Shown: one piece after another, positions 42,995 to 55,401 of the stretch | How positions within the stretch are numbered: position 1 is the stretch's first letter | Layout of the letters: every line of letters begins with the position of its first letter | Notes under the pieces: model-generated | What the model was told of the DNA's origin: nothing | What the model saw: the letters and a program-made list of their open reading frames with translations, nothing else | The model's database searches: none | NCBI GenBank assembly: GCA_951406725.2 | Contig: OX597828.1 | Coordinates: 65,658,001-65,722,000, forward strand | DNA from: Octopus vulgaris | Lineage: Eukaryota | Direction: 5' to 3' | DNA: 64,000 nucleotides | Position numbers and translations under genes: made by a program

Positions 42995-43510
42995 GTTTAT
43001 GTGTGTGTGTAAGAGAGAGAGAGTGTGTGTATGTGTGTGTGTGCGAGTGCGCGTGTGATTGTGCATATGAGTGTGTGTGTGTGTGTGCGTGGGAATGTGC
43101 AAGTGTGTGTGTGTGCGTGCGTTCGCATGTCAGTGTGCAAATGTGTGTGTGTGTGCATGTGAGTGTGTGTGTGTGCATGTGAGTGTGTGTGTGTGTGCAT
43201 GTGAGTGTGTGTGTGTGTGCATGTGAGTGTGTGTGCGTGCGTGTGCGTGGGAATGTGCAAGTGTGTGTAGGTGTGTGTGTGTGCGTGCGTTCGCATGTCA
43301 GTGTGCAAATGTGTGTGTGCATGTGAGTGTGTGTGCATGTGAGTGTGTGTGTGTGTATGTGAGTGTTTGTGTGTGTGCATGTGAGTGTGTGTGTGTGTGC
43401 ATGTGAGTGTGTGTACGTGCGTGTGCGTGGGAATGTGCAAGTGTGTGTATGTGTGTGTGTGCGTGCGTGCGTGTGTGTGTTAATGTGCAAGTGTGTGTGT
43501 GTGTACGCGC
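42995..43510. repeat. (TG)-based tract with a higher-order repeat of about 160-180 bp
   Basis: gtgcgtgggaatgtgcaagtg recurs at about 43085, 43243 and 43423. Confidence 0.9.
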
Positions 43511-43989
43511 GCGCGGATAAGGGAGTGAAGAAATCGAAGAAATGCAATAAGGAAAAGATCGTTCATTATGACCTGCAGGGAAAGCCGAGCCGAACGAGAA
43601 AATAAATCGTTTCCCGTTAGGTTTACGGTAATGAGGGCAACAATGCCACACAGGTCCCTTTATTCCAATCATCACCCCACCCCCACCCCCACCCCCACCG
43701 ACCCTAACCTTGTACATAGTTACACAAAACTTAAACTGCACTTCTGTCAATTCCATCTGCCGCGTTGCATGCAAATGTTGTCCTGCATTAAATATAATGA
43801 GAGCTGGCCAAGGGATAAACACCAGAGGAATTGTTCATGTTTCACTTCAGTAATCCCTTCTAAATATGGTCATAAAGTTGATCAAGATCAGAAGACATAT
43901 ATTTTTTACATATCCCTAGGCCCTCGATGCCAGTAATAGCAACGAAATCTCATTCAAAATTGATCCTACTTTCTTTAGGCAATGAAATA

Positions 43990-44422
43990 AGGCGTAGAGC
44001 TGGCAGAGTCGTTAGCACACCGGGAAAAATGCTTAGGGGAATTTCATCAGTCTCTATGCTCTGCGTTCAAATTTCACCTGTGCTCTCTTTGTCTTTCATC
44101 CTTTCGGGGCTGATAAAATTAGTACCAGTTTAGTACTAGGGTCGATGTAATCGGCTTACAGCCTCCGAACTCGCTGGCCTTGTGCCAAAATTTGAAGCCA
44201 GCGTAATGTAATGAAATAAGGCGGCGAGCTGGTAGAGTCGTTAGCACGCCGGGCAAAATGCTTAGCAGCATTTCGTCCGTTCTGAGTTCAAATTCCACCG
44301 GGGTCCACTTTGTCTTTCACCCTTTCAGTGTCGATAAAATAAATAGCAGTTGAGCACTGGGGTCGATGCAATCGATTTAGTCCTTCCCCGGAAACTGTTG
44401 GCCTTGAGCCAAAATTTAAAAC
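43990..44422 (+). mobile_element. Two tandem older B-headed SINEs with the alternative tail
   Basis: ggcg..gagctggcagagtcgttagcac...ctggggtcgat...ggccttg.gccaaaattt, twice. Confidence 0.8.
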
Positions 44423-45254
44423 TAGTACGGAATAATGAAGTTCAAGAAGATACGCTTGAACGCCTTTGATCGTTGATCTGCTTAATTACGGTTGGTATAG
44501 AGTTAAGCAACAAAGAACAGAATGGCTGTTTGATTCCTTTCAGAGATTTGAAATTAAATATTCAAATATCAAATGCCCTGAGACGTGATGTTACTATTTC
44601 TGCATATAATTTAAATTGTTTACTTTTGTATTTTTTATATATATTTTCTCTTCTCTATTGTTGTTTTGACAAGAACAGAAGAGTAGAATGTAAGCTACAT
44701 TCAAAGAGAATTTTCAGAACTTACTAGATAGATACAATAGCGTGTGTGCATAAATATATGTGTTAAGGGAATAGTAGTTGATAGAAGAATAAAAACATCG
44801 AGGCTAAACATGAACAGCTGCACGTTGAAAACTGAAGTATTTCAAGTTAAACAAGCAGAAATCAATTCTCTATGCTTGAACTGTCTTCCGTGATGTTCTT
44901 AATTGAAAAAAAAAACAGTTTATAGAAAATCATAAGATAGAGTAAAACAAATCGCTCTAAAATTATAGAACAAAGAGAAGTTATAACAAAATTAAGCAGA
45001 ATTGCAGAGAATACACATTTTAAAATTTTTTAATCTTTATCTTTTATTTGTTTCAGTCACTATACTGCAGCCATGCTGGAGCATCGCTTTGGAAGGTCTA
45101 GTTAAGCAAATCGACCCCAGTACTTTTTTTTAAAGTCTGGTAGTTATTCGGTCCATCTTTTTTGCCTAACTGCTTAATTACAAGAACATAAACAGACCAA
45201 CACCGGGTGTCAAGCGACGGTAGGGAAAAAACACAATGCACGCACGCACACACG

Positions 45255-45362
<108 letters not shown>

Positions 45363-46084
45363 TATATAAGTTCAGCAAAATTTAGATTAGTCAGAAGGTA
45401 AATGTTAATACTATCATGTTCTTAACAATCAAATCAACCCCTCTGTCTGTATAACTACTCTCTTTATAATGTTGGCAAACGAAATGGAAATAAGTATATG
45501 TATCGTCCGTTTGATGGAAGACTTCTATAAATGGCTGAAAATTGCTCAACATTTTAAAACTGATGTAATACTTACAATGTTTAATAAAATGAAGTAGCAT
45601 GAAACGATCGTACCAAATTACCGAAGATATACTTGTTGCTTATTTTGATTATATATATATATATGGATTTATCTAATCCAGTGATAATCACAAAAAAGCT
45701 CCAGGCTACAAAATAAAGGAATACATATGGGAGTAATGTGTAGTCCTATACAGTTGAAATCCAGTAAATCTAATCAGCAATGATTATTTTATAAGGAGTA
45801 AATACAATATTAAAAAAATTACTTTTTTTATTAATTATCGTTTTCCGTACATTAATATTTCAAATATGACGTTTTGTATGTGCATATTGGAGTTGAAGAA
45901 CGGAGGTAACTATGACATTTTATAGATGTGATGCGGTAGCCTTCTATGCTTGTATCAGCTAATAAAATGTACAATAATACTATAAAAATAAATCATTTTT
46001 ACATGATCTTGGCTGCGAAACGATCATAATCTTATGGATATCAACTGGTGAAATAAATCTCATACCTCTTTAATTTTCTTTATA

Positions 46085-46515
<431 letters not shown>

Positions 46516-46524
46516 CATGTATGT

Positions 46525-46880
46525 ATTTAAGGACTGCGTCAAATCCTCGTTAAAGGCCTTTGATATGCAGGACACTGACTGGGAGAACAATGTCTGTCAT
46601 CGCCACAGATGGAGGAAGCAGGTTAAGGAGGGGATCGACACTTTTGAGAGAGCACGTATCCAGCATGAAGAACTTAAGCGAGCTGTGCGAAAGCGCACGG
46701 CTCCTATAGTGAATGGGGAAAGCTTGGTCTGCAATGTTTGCAGTCGTGTATGCTTGTCAAGAGCAGGGCTCATTAGCCACCAACGGAGCCGCAAATGCAA
46801 AATATAAGTTAGTCCTAGAGCGCCCAATGATCCTGAAGGTCGGCAATGGTCTTCCTCGGTCACGAGTGGACGGCCATCAT
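46525..46880 (+). mobile_element. RTE-clade LINE 3' end, 5'-truncated
   Basis: [10 protein letters not shown]...WE...R.RWR..V...CNVCSRVCLSRAGLISHQR (C-terminal Zn finger), then a short UTR and a (TATG)n tail. Confidence 0.85.
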
Positions 46881-46917
46881 GTATGTATGTATGTATGTAT
46901 GTATGTATGTATGTATA

Positions 46918-47260
46918 CTAGAGGCCTATAAGAAACCGAGGTTTTGCAATATTATTTTATTCCCTTAGTTTTACATGCTTATACTTTTGTCGCCTTCAAA
47001 GTGTTCTCCGTTTGAAGCAATGCATTGGTCCAGACGCGCTTTCCACAATTCGAAGCAATGCTGGAACTCTTGCGAAGTGATACCTTTTAACGCCTCTGTC
47101 ATTTTTTTCTTCACCACTTCCATATCTGCAAATTCCGTATCTCCAGCTTTCGTCAACAGTGATGACATTCGAAAAAAGGTCCGGATCAACTTCCAGCTGG
47201 CTTTGTTTTGTTTGTTTTTGTTTTTTTTTCAGTACACGACATGCATTCAGTCATGACTGC
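46918..47260 (-). mobile_element. Mariner deletion derivative (transposase C-terminus)
   Basis: FADMEVVKKKMTEALKGI..EFQHCFELWKARLDQCIASNGEHFEGD. Confidence 0.8.
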
Positions 47261-47315
47261 TTGTTATTCGTGTGTGTGTGTGTGTAAGCATTTTGTCCGG
47301 CGTGCTAACAATTCT

Positions 47316-47546
47316 TATTTCTTTACTATCCACAAGGGACTAAACACAGAGGGGACAAACAAGGACAGACAGACGGATTAAGTCGATCATATCGACTCCA
47401 ATGCGTAACTGGTACTTAATTTATCGACCCCGAAAGGATGAAAGGCAAAGTCGACCTCGGCGGAATTTGAACTCAGAACGTAACGGCAGACGAAATACCG
47501 CCAAGTATTTCGCCCGGCGTGCTAACGTTTCTGCCAGCTCACCGCC
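47316..47546 (-). mobile_element. SINE family B full copy; decayed copies also at about 2940, 32010, 36950, 47740 and 55055
   Basis: Same head, core and tail as 29679-29913. Confidence 0.9.
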
Positions 47547-47929
47547 TATTTCTGATACTTTTTATTATCGACCCTAGAAGGATGAAAGACAAAGTCGATC
47601 TCCGCGGGATTTGAACGCAGAGCCAGAACCGTAATGAGAGAAATTATTACCGAATTCGATAGGTGAGGATGTTCCACTTGTGAGAAAAGTTGTTTTCATT
47701 GTGTTTTACAGTCCCTATATCTATATTGCTTTTTAAATTTTAAATTTAAAGGGTCAGCAGTTTTTGTGTGGAAGTGGGAGAGATAATTAAATCTTATTTT
47801 ATCGACCCCGATAAAAGTCGTCCTCAATGGAATTTGAATGCAAAACTTAAAGACAAACGAAATGCCGCTAAGCATTTTATCCGCTGTGCTAAGTTCTGCC
47901 AGCTCAACCCTCAATCCTTATATCTATAA

Positions 47930-48320
47930 CTAGCAGAGATACCCGGCGTTGCCCGGTTACATTCAATTGAAGAATTAGACTTTCCTGTTATATTTTCTGA
48001 ATGAACTGGAATATCTGTTTCGAATTTCATCAAAATTGCAGATGAGGGTTATTCCCCTCTTTACACACCCTAAAAAAATTGTAATCGTGTCACATGGAAA
48101 CCAAAAGACGAATGATCATAATAAGCAGTCAGTTACCCTACCCTAGTCGTTACCACTCCCAATGTAGGATTCCTCACCATCAAGGTGACAGGCACAGCCG
48201 TAAGATGTATTACGAATCTATAGCAATTGGAACTGAAATCAACATTAACAACTGTGTGACGTGAGGGCTTAGGAGAAATTAAAGTGTCACCTCTGGAGTT
48301 TGCAAATGACCACCATACTG
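47930..48320 (-). mobile_element. Helitron-type 3' end fragment
   Basis: Minus strand ccgggcaacgccgggtatctctgCTAG|T. The inner boundary is uncertain. Confidence 0.5.
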
Positions 48321-48327
48321 ATACGTA

Positions 48328-51045
48328 ACTGGCATCCTTTTTGTCTCGGAAGACAATGGAGTTGCGCATAAAATAATCTAGTCCGGCTTTTACATTTCAT
48401 GTCCTGATACATCTCCTGCTGTGGCTGTGTAGTCCTATCCTGGGCAAACACTCCCTCTGGCAGGTACCGCAAATGTAGTGAAGACTGTGCCTGGCTTGTT
48501 GTAATGTCATACTTTCTTGTTGACGTCTTTTCTTGTCTTTCCATTTCTCCTCTCCCTCTTTGTCACTCCTTTGTGTTCCCTCTTTTACGGTACGTCGCCA
48601 ATCTCCACGGTTGCTGACAACTGCTTCCTAGTTGGTAATATTGATGTTGCAGGCATTCATGTCCATTTGGCAAATATCCTTGAATCGTAGTAAGAACGGT
48701 CTTCCCACAGACCTAGTGACCCTAGCAAGCTCTCCGTTGAGTATGTCCTTGAGAATTCTGCCATCTTCCATACGGCTAACATGTCCAAGCCATTTCATAC
48801 GTCTTTGTGTGAGGAGTGTAAACATGCTTGGTATTCCTGCTTGCTTGAGGACATCTTTGTTGGGGACATGATTCTGCCATTTGATGCGAAGGATTTTCCG
48901 GAGGCAGCGCAGGTGAAAGATATTTAGGCGACGTATGGCGTCGTATGGCGTCCAAGTCTCACTTCCATACAGTAGAGTGCTAAGTACAAATGCCTGGTAA
49001 ATCTTCATTTTTGTGGTCTTGGTCAGCTTATTGTTGTCCCATGCCCGTTTGGAGAGTTGGGCCATCACACCAGCTGCCTTGCCAATGCGTATATTGAGCT
49101 CAGTATCAAAGGATAGGTTGTAGGTGACGGTAGAGCCAAGATAGGTAAACTTCTCCACCTCCTGTAGTCTGTGGTCTCCAATATGTATGTTTGGGATGGT
49201 TGATGTAGCCTGACTCATGATGTTGGTCTTCTTGAGGCTGATAACTAAGCCAAAGTTGCCACATTCTTGCTCAAAGCAGTTGATGAGCCTTTGTAGAGCT
49301 TCTTCTGTGTGTGATACCAGAGCGGCATCATCAGCAAATAGCATCTCCTTGATCAGGACGCTTCTGATTTTGGTCTTGGCACGCAGACGCGAGAGATTGA
49401 ACAGTTTCCCATCACTTCTTCTGTGCAGAAACACTCCATCATCTGATGTCACAAAGGCATGTGGCAGCAGCAGCGAGAAGATGCCAAATAATGTAGGAGC
49501 AAGGACTCGACCTTGCTTACCCTATTTTTTATTTGGAAGGCGGCTGATGCTGAACCATTGTGCTGTGTGGTTCCTTGCATATCATCATAGAAAGATGTGA
49601 TGATCCTCAGCAGCTTTGGTGGACATCCGTTTTTTTGGAGCAGGATGAAGAGGCCTTTTCTACTTACCAAGTCAAAGGCCTTTGTCAGATCAATGAAGGC
49701 CATATATAATGGCATTTTCTACTCTCTGGACTTCTCCTGAAGTTGGCGTATGGAGGATAATATGTCAATAGTTGATCTGCTTCTTCTAAAGCCGCACTGC
49801 GATTCTGGATAAATTCGAGAAGCAAGCAGTTGCAGCCTGGACGGGATAATGCGAGCAGAGGCCTTTCCAACAGTGCTTAGAAGAGATATTCCACGGTAAT
49901 TGTTACAATCACCACAGTCACCTTTGTTTTTGTAAAGCGTAATGATGTTAGCATCCCGCGTATCCTGTGGGACTGTACGTTCTTCCCAGCACTGACACAG
50001 AAGCTCATGAATGTGCCGAAGCAGGATGGTGTTTTTGCCAGTTTTGATGATCTCTAAGGGGATGCCGTCTTTTCCCGGGGCCTTGTTACTTGCTAGGGAG
50101 TCAATAGCCTTGGTGAGCTCTGCTATAGATGGCAGGCTGTCAAGTTCACACATGACTGGCAAGATCTTGACACCCTCGATTGCAGCCTCAGCTACCGTGG
50201 TCTCTCGTGAGTAGAGATCCTGGTAGTACTCCACCCATCTATCCATTTGCTTGCTTTGGTCCTTGATGAGATCCCCAGTAGTTGATTTCAGAGGGGCTGA
50301 CTTGGTTGCGGATGGACCGAGGGCCTGCTTCAAACCGGCATACATCCCACGGGTGTCGCCACTGTCAACAGCTGACTGGATACTCTGACAGATTTCCTGC
50401 CAATACATATTTGCACAGCGTCCGGCAGTCAGTTGGGTTTTATTTCTTGCCGTTCTGAGTTCTTCGAGTGACTTTATAGAAGAATCACTCTTGTATTACA
50501 TCAGAGCTGCACGCTTTGTTTCGATAACTGTTTCCAGCTCTGAGAGCCCAGCACTGAACAAAATCTGGATTTTTCCTTTCTCTCATGCCGAAGGTATCTA
50601 TTGATGTGGTATACAAAGCTTCCCTGATATAATTCCACCTACTTTCAGCAGAGGTGGTTGGGCAGCTACTGAGGGCAACTTGATAGAAACAGCAAAACAT
50701 TGTCGCAGTGTAGGGTCGGAGGTTCTGACAGTGTTAATGCGTGGTCGACCCGTTTTCTTGGAGTGATGGACTTTTTTAGGCAGAATCCTCACCCTGCTTC
50801 TTATTAGTGAATGATCTGTGTCACAATCCGCACTGTGGTAACTACGAGTCAGTTGAACAGAATTCAGAAAGGGTCTTCGTGTAATGATGAGATCCAGCTG
50901 ATGCCAGTGGTGAGATCTTGGATGTCTCTAAGATGCCTTGGGGGATGTCTTGTTGGCAAAGAATGTGTTAGTGATGCACAGGTTATGGTATGTGCAAAAT
51001 TCAAGTAGTCTCTCGCCATTGTCATTCATGTTGCCAATACCAAGA
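48328..51045 (-). mobile_element. RTE-clade LINE, 5'-truncated and disrupted (partial APE endonuclease, RT, Zn finger)
   Basis: NDNGERLLEFC..NLCITNTFF, HWHQLDLII, KAPGKDGI, NYRGISLL, ESQCGFR, FIDLTKAFD, LFADD, FTYLGS, LLYGSETW, WLGHV.RM, CGTCQRECLPRIGLHSH. Confidence 0.95.
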
Positions 51046-51124
51046 CACATACACTTACATATATACATAAATATATATACGATCGATTTGTTTCAGTTCC
51101 TGTCTACGAAATCCATATATATAT

Positions 51125-51429
51125 ATATAATATTAATTCGAGACAAAACCACTATTTTGCAAAACAAACAAGGAAAGACTTAATCAATACATAAAAATTT
51201 TTAAATCCACCTGACGAATGTCATTGAAGACATGAAACGATTGTAGTGGCGGTTTATTTCTTTATATTAAAATTTTTTTATGTATTGATTAAGTCTTTCC
51301 TTGTTTGTTTTGCAAAATAGTGGTTTTGTCTCGAATTAATATTATATAATATTTTACTATAAAATTGGATTTAATCCTAAATCTGATTTTTTCCCTGTAA
51401 ATTTGGATTTATTCCCTAATATTTATTAT

Positions 51430-51435
<6 letters not shown>
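51125..51435 (+). mobile_element. Penelope pLTR-like hairpin-plus-tail element in (TA)n
   Basis: Near-perfect arms of about 78 bp (51125-51204 / 51268-51347), a hammerhead in the spacer, and a 3' tail. Confidence 0.7.
51207..51249 (+). ncRNA. Type I hammerhead ribozyme motif
   Basis: ccac-CUGACGA-auguc auugaa gacau-GAAAC-gauu-GUA-gugg. All core nucleotides are present; stem I 4 bp, stem II 5 bp, stem III 2 bp; GUA cleavage triplet. Confidence 0.8.
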
Positions 51436-51466
<31 letters not shown>

Positions 51467-51879
51467 TGCATACACACACATACATACATATATATTTGGA
51501 ATTTACAAAAGAAACGAACAAAAGACGAAGACGGGTGTGTAAGCATCAAACAGGTTTATTAGTTTAACGCATAAATATTCAGCGTCTTATAATTTTCTTA
51601 AACTTTAAAATATAATTTTTTAGAATATAAAAGATTTTTGAAAATACGGTCCAATTATATGATTAGATCCAATGAACACTTATGCACAAACCTGTAATCT
51701 TAAATTATTTTTTTACACAGTGGAATATTCCAATTGGCTTTTATTTGCATGATTACCTAAAATTAACATTTCAATGATTTTCATTTCTTATTTAAACGTG
51801 GGATCCTCTTGAAAAAAAAAAAATGCAGAACCCATCATTATGCAGTCGTTTATCCATCTCGAAGTTGTGAGTTAATTTT

Positions 51880-52450
51880 GTTGCTGCGTTACTCGTTGGT
51901 TTTGTTAAACGTTTTTTGTTGTACGGTTGCACGGTATTTGTCTGTCTGTGTTAAGACAGACAAGGACAGCCCCTCCCTAATGGGAGAGACGGCAAGAATA
52001 TTCGAAACCCTATCGGACTTGTCTACGTCTGAGGAGGAGTTGGAGAAAGCAGTAAAAAGAATGGACCAAAAATTAGGTAATACTTATGCTGGTGTAACGA
52101 AAAAATCAGAGGAGAGAGAGTTAGACTTGGCCAAGCTGCCAAGCTACCAGGAGTTTATCAAGAAGGAGGGTGGTGAGGTGGAATTAGAACCGCCACCAAA
52201 ACGCAGAGAATGGTACGAGAAAAGGACTATTACGTACCGGGTCTATGTAAACGGAAAGAGAAAAATCGAAGTGGTAAACATGGAATGGATAGAAAAGGCT
52301 CTGAGAAGAACAGAGGAGGAGATAACATTTCTAACAAGAGGTACAAGCTACGGTACTGTGATGGTACAGTTCAGGAGTGAAAATGTAGCAAGGAGGATGG
52401 CGGCGAAATCAGTGAAGTCTGAGAGGGTATTCCTTCTACCCTCATACTTA
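51880..52450 (+). mobile_element. 3'-truncated ORF1 copy (same family as 52898)
   Basis: MGETARIFETLSDLSTSEEELE...LGNTYAGVTKK...LAKLPSYQ...FLLPSYL closely matches the 52898 ORF and breaks off at about 52450. Confidence 0.85.
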
Positions 52451-52726
52451 ATGCTTTTGCTGGATTTTACCTCGAGAAAGAACGTTGAGGAAGGAGGGCT
52501 GAATTTCGAATACTTCGTACAACCACTTTTCTGAAACGGCTACAGGTTAGGAAAAAAAATTTAATCGCCTCTTTCAATTTAGGTTTTTATTTTTCGTGTT
52601 TATATTCGTATTTCATTGTTATGTTTATATTGGGTTGTCCGGAAAGTTCGTTCCGCTTTTTAAAGGAAAGTAAAGGTCACTAAATACTTGCCATTACATT
52701 TTTAATGAACCAAATCTGAACCATTT

Positions 52727-54462
52727 GGTCGGTTGTGTTTTTTTCGGCTGCTGAAAATTCGGTAAAAAAGAACAAAAAACGTTGTTGTTGTTGTGGAAAT
52801 TCTGAACGGCGTTGATGCGGTTTCGCGTTTCGCTCGTTCTGCGCGTTAAACTTTTTTCTGGTTTGGCGGCCGTTTTCGGTCTGTCAGACAGAAGGAAATG
52901 GACTATGAGTCTCTAACAGACTTGTCCACGACAGATGAGGAACTGGAACAGGCAATTACAATGAAGCTGATGGAAGAAAAGGCTGGAGTTTTCGAGTCTT
53001 TATCAGACTTGTCTGAGAAGGAGCTAGAAATGGCAGCAAGGAAATTGGACGAGAAGCTGGGATATACCTACGCCGGTGTAACCAAGAAGGCGGAAGAGAA
53101 AGGGGTCAACTTGGCCAAGCTACCAAGTTACCAGAAATACATGAAAAAGGAAAGCGGTGAGGTGGAACTAGCACCGACACCCAGGAGAAAAGAATGGTAT
53201 GATAAGAGGACCATTATTTACAGGGTGTTCGCAAACGAAAGGAAGAGGGTAGAAGTTGTAACCATGGAATGGATAGAGGAAGCCCTGAGAAGAACTGAGG
53301 AGGAAATTAATTTTCTGACTCGAGGATCCAAGTACGGTACCGTGGTTGTGCATTTTAAAAGTGAGTCTGCAGCGAGGAAGATGGCGGCGAAGGCGGTGAA
53401 GTCAGAAAAGGTAACACTTTTACCTATGTATTTAAACAGAAGGATTACACGAATAAGGGTGGAGGGAGTGCCCCCAAACGTGGAGGCAGAGTGGATTGTG
53501 GCGGCTGTGATCAGCGGCCACGAGGAGGAAGTAGATATTCTCCATGCCTCGGTTAAGTCCGAGGGCTGGAGAGGCGTAACAGTGGAGCTGAACGTACAGG
53601 CGGAGAACGAGGTACTGGTGGACCTGGCGGAAAGCATCAGATTGGGAGACGTGATCATGAGAGTGTGGGTGGAGGGCAGAGCTCCACGTTGTTACAAGTG
53701 TGGCCTGAGGGGTCACATAAGAGCCTTCTGCCCTCCCCCAGGGAAAGAAATGGATTCCGAACCACAGAGAGAGAAGCAGAAACCAGAAGAGAAGGAGACA
53801 GTAGAAGAGGAAGAAAATACACAGAAATGGAAGGAAGCTGGAAATAAGAGGAAGAGAAGAATGCGAGGAAAAGAAAATAACATGGAACACCAATCTACCC
53901 CAAAACCACCCACACCCTCTGAGTCCCACCCTATCCATGCAGACATTGAACCCACCCGCTCCCCCCAACAAGAAAACAAAAGAAAAAAAGAATACACACA
54001 CACAAGAGATTGAATTCGATATCAGGCCGTACATTTGTACTATGACTGAACAGAAAGAAGTTAAAAGTCTAATGGAAGAGTATAAATGGTATGAAGTTGG
54101 TGAGACTAGGTATGCTGTGATTGAAAAGAAGAACATAGGTGAGTTTATGGTGAGGTGTGAAAGGGAGAATTGGGAGGTGAAAGATATAAGAATGAGCGAT
54201 GAATTCGTGGAAAATATGGATGAGTATTTCGGAGTAAGAATGGATATGGAATTTATTCGTATTGGCAAAGAACATTCAAGGGACGATGAAACACAAAGGA
54301 CAGGTAAGTGATGCTGACGGATGGGGCCGTTGGTATCGCTTTCATAATATCATTTTCTTTCACTTAACAATTCATTTTTCATAAATTTTAATTATAATGT
54401 TCTATGTCCCCATGTCTTTTGGTGTCCCCCTCTGTGTCGCCCCTAGTGGGTAATAAAGAATC
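52727..54462 (+). mobile_element. Full-length ORF1-only (HAL1-like) non-autonomous L1/Tx1-type retroelement
   Basis: 18-bp TSD accaaatctgaaccattt at 52709-52726 and 54463-54480; 5' UTR, ORF1, no endonuclease or RT, and a LINE-type tail. Confidence 0.88.
52898..54311 (+). CDS. ORF1 (Gag-like nucleic-acid chaperone with CCHC zinc knuckle), one frameshift near 53.95-54.01 kb
   Basis: 371-aa ORF with CYKCGLRGHIRAFC (CX2CX4HX4C) and an RRM-like region, continued in the +1 frame by ORF 53937-54311. Confidence 0.8.
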
Positions 54463-55401
54463 ACCAAATCTGAACCATTTCGTTGCACAATGTCTCCATC
54501 TTTCCTTTACCTTGAAAATACCCTCTTCCCAGAATTGGGGTGGTTTCAAGGCAAAGAATTCGTCAAGGTATCTTTTTACGTCATCTAAGGAATTGAAATT
54601 TTTACCATTAAGACTTTTCTGCAGAGACCTGAATAAGTGGAAATCCGAAGGAGCAATATTTGGGGAATATGGAGGGTGGGGGTAACACATCCCAGCCGAA
54701 CTGCAGCAATTTTTGTCTGGTTCCCAAAGCATCAAGTGCCAAAAATGAACTTTCTCATCTTTTATTTTAAAGGGTTACAGAATTAACACAGGTTATAGGA
54801 ACATAAACTGTCTTCCACGAAAAGATAGCTTAAACTGTGCTCTAAATGGAGGTGTAGTCAAATCCTATTTTATGGACTCAAACATGTTCTAGAATAAGTC
54901 GAAAGATAAGCTACTATAAATCGGCACGAACTTTCCGGACAACCCAATATTTCTATATTTTTATCATGAAACTCTTAATATAAATATGTGTATATTCGCA
55001 TGGAATAATACCTCATGTGCTACCTCTGAATTTTCTTGTCTGAACGTTTATATTACGTTTTGAGTTCAAATTCCGCCGAGGTCGACTTTGCCTTTCATCT
55101 TTCGGGGTCGATAAAGTACCATTTACGCACTGGGGTCGATGTAATCGACTTAATCCGTTTATCTGTCATTGTTTGTCCCCTCTATGTTTCGCCCCTTGTG
55201 GGCAGTAAAGAAATATATATTGATTTAGCATTAGAATTCTTCAAGTTGTATAAAAATTGTTTGCATCATTCGAAAGAGAAATAAATTTTGCATAAGGTGT
55301 AAAAGATATAAATAATTAGTATGGTGTTAGTAAGAAAATATTTTGTTAGAAATAGAACTTTTATCGTCGGTCTAAAATATATTTTCGCCGGTGTATATAT
55401 C

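Larger units (their letters stand above)
52630..54947 (-). mobile_element. Internally deleted mariner (about 0.57 kb) interrupted by the ORF1-only retroelement
   Basis: TIRs ttgggttgtccggaaagttcgt / acgaactttccggacaacccaa, TA flanks, and HPPYSPNIAPSDFHLFRSL. Confidence 0.92.

Noticed and set aside
53432-54268. 278-aa hydrophobic antisense ORF (also 63490-63939)
   Set aside because: It is the antisense shadow of purine-rich ORF1.
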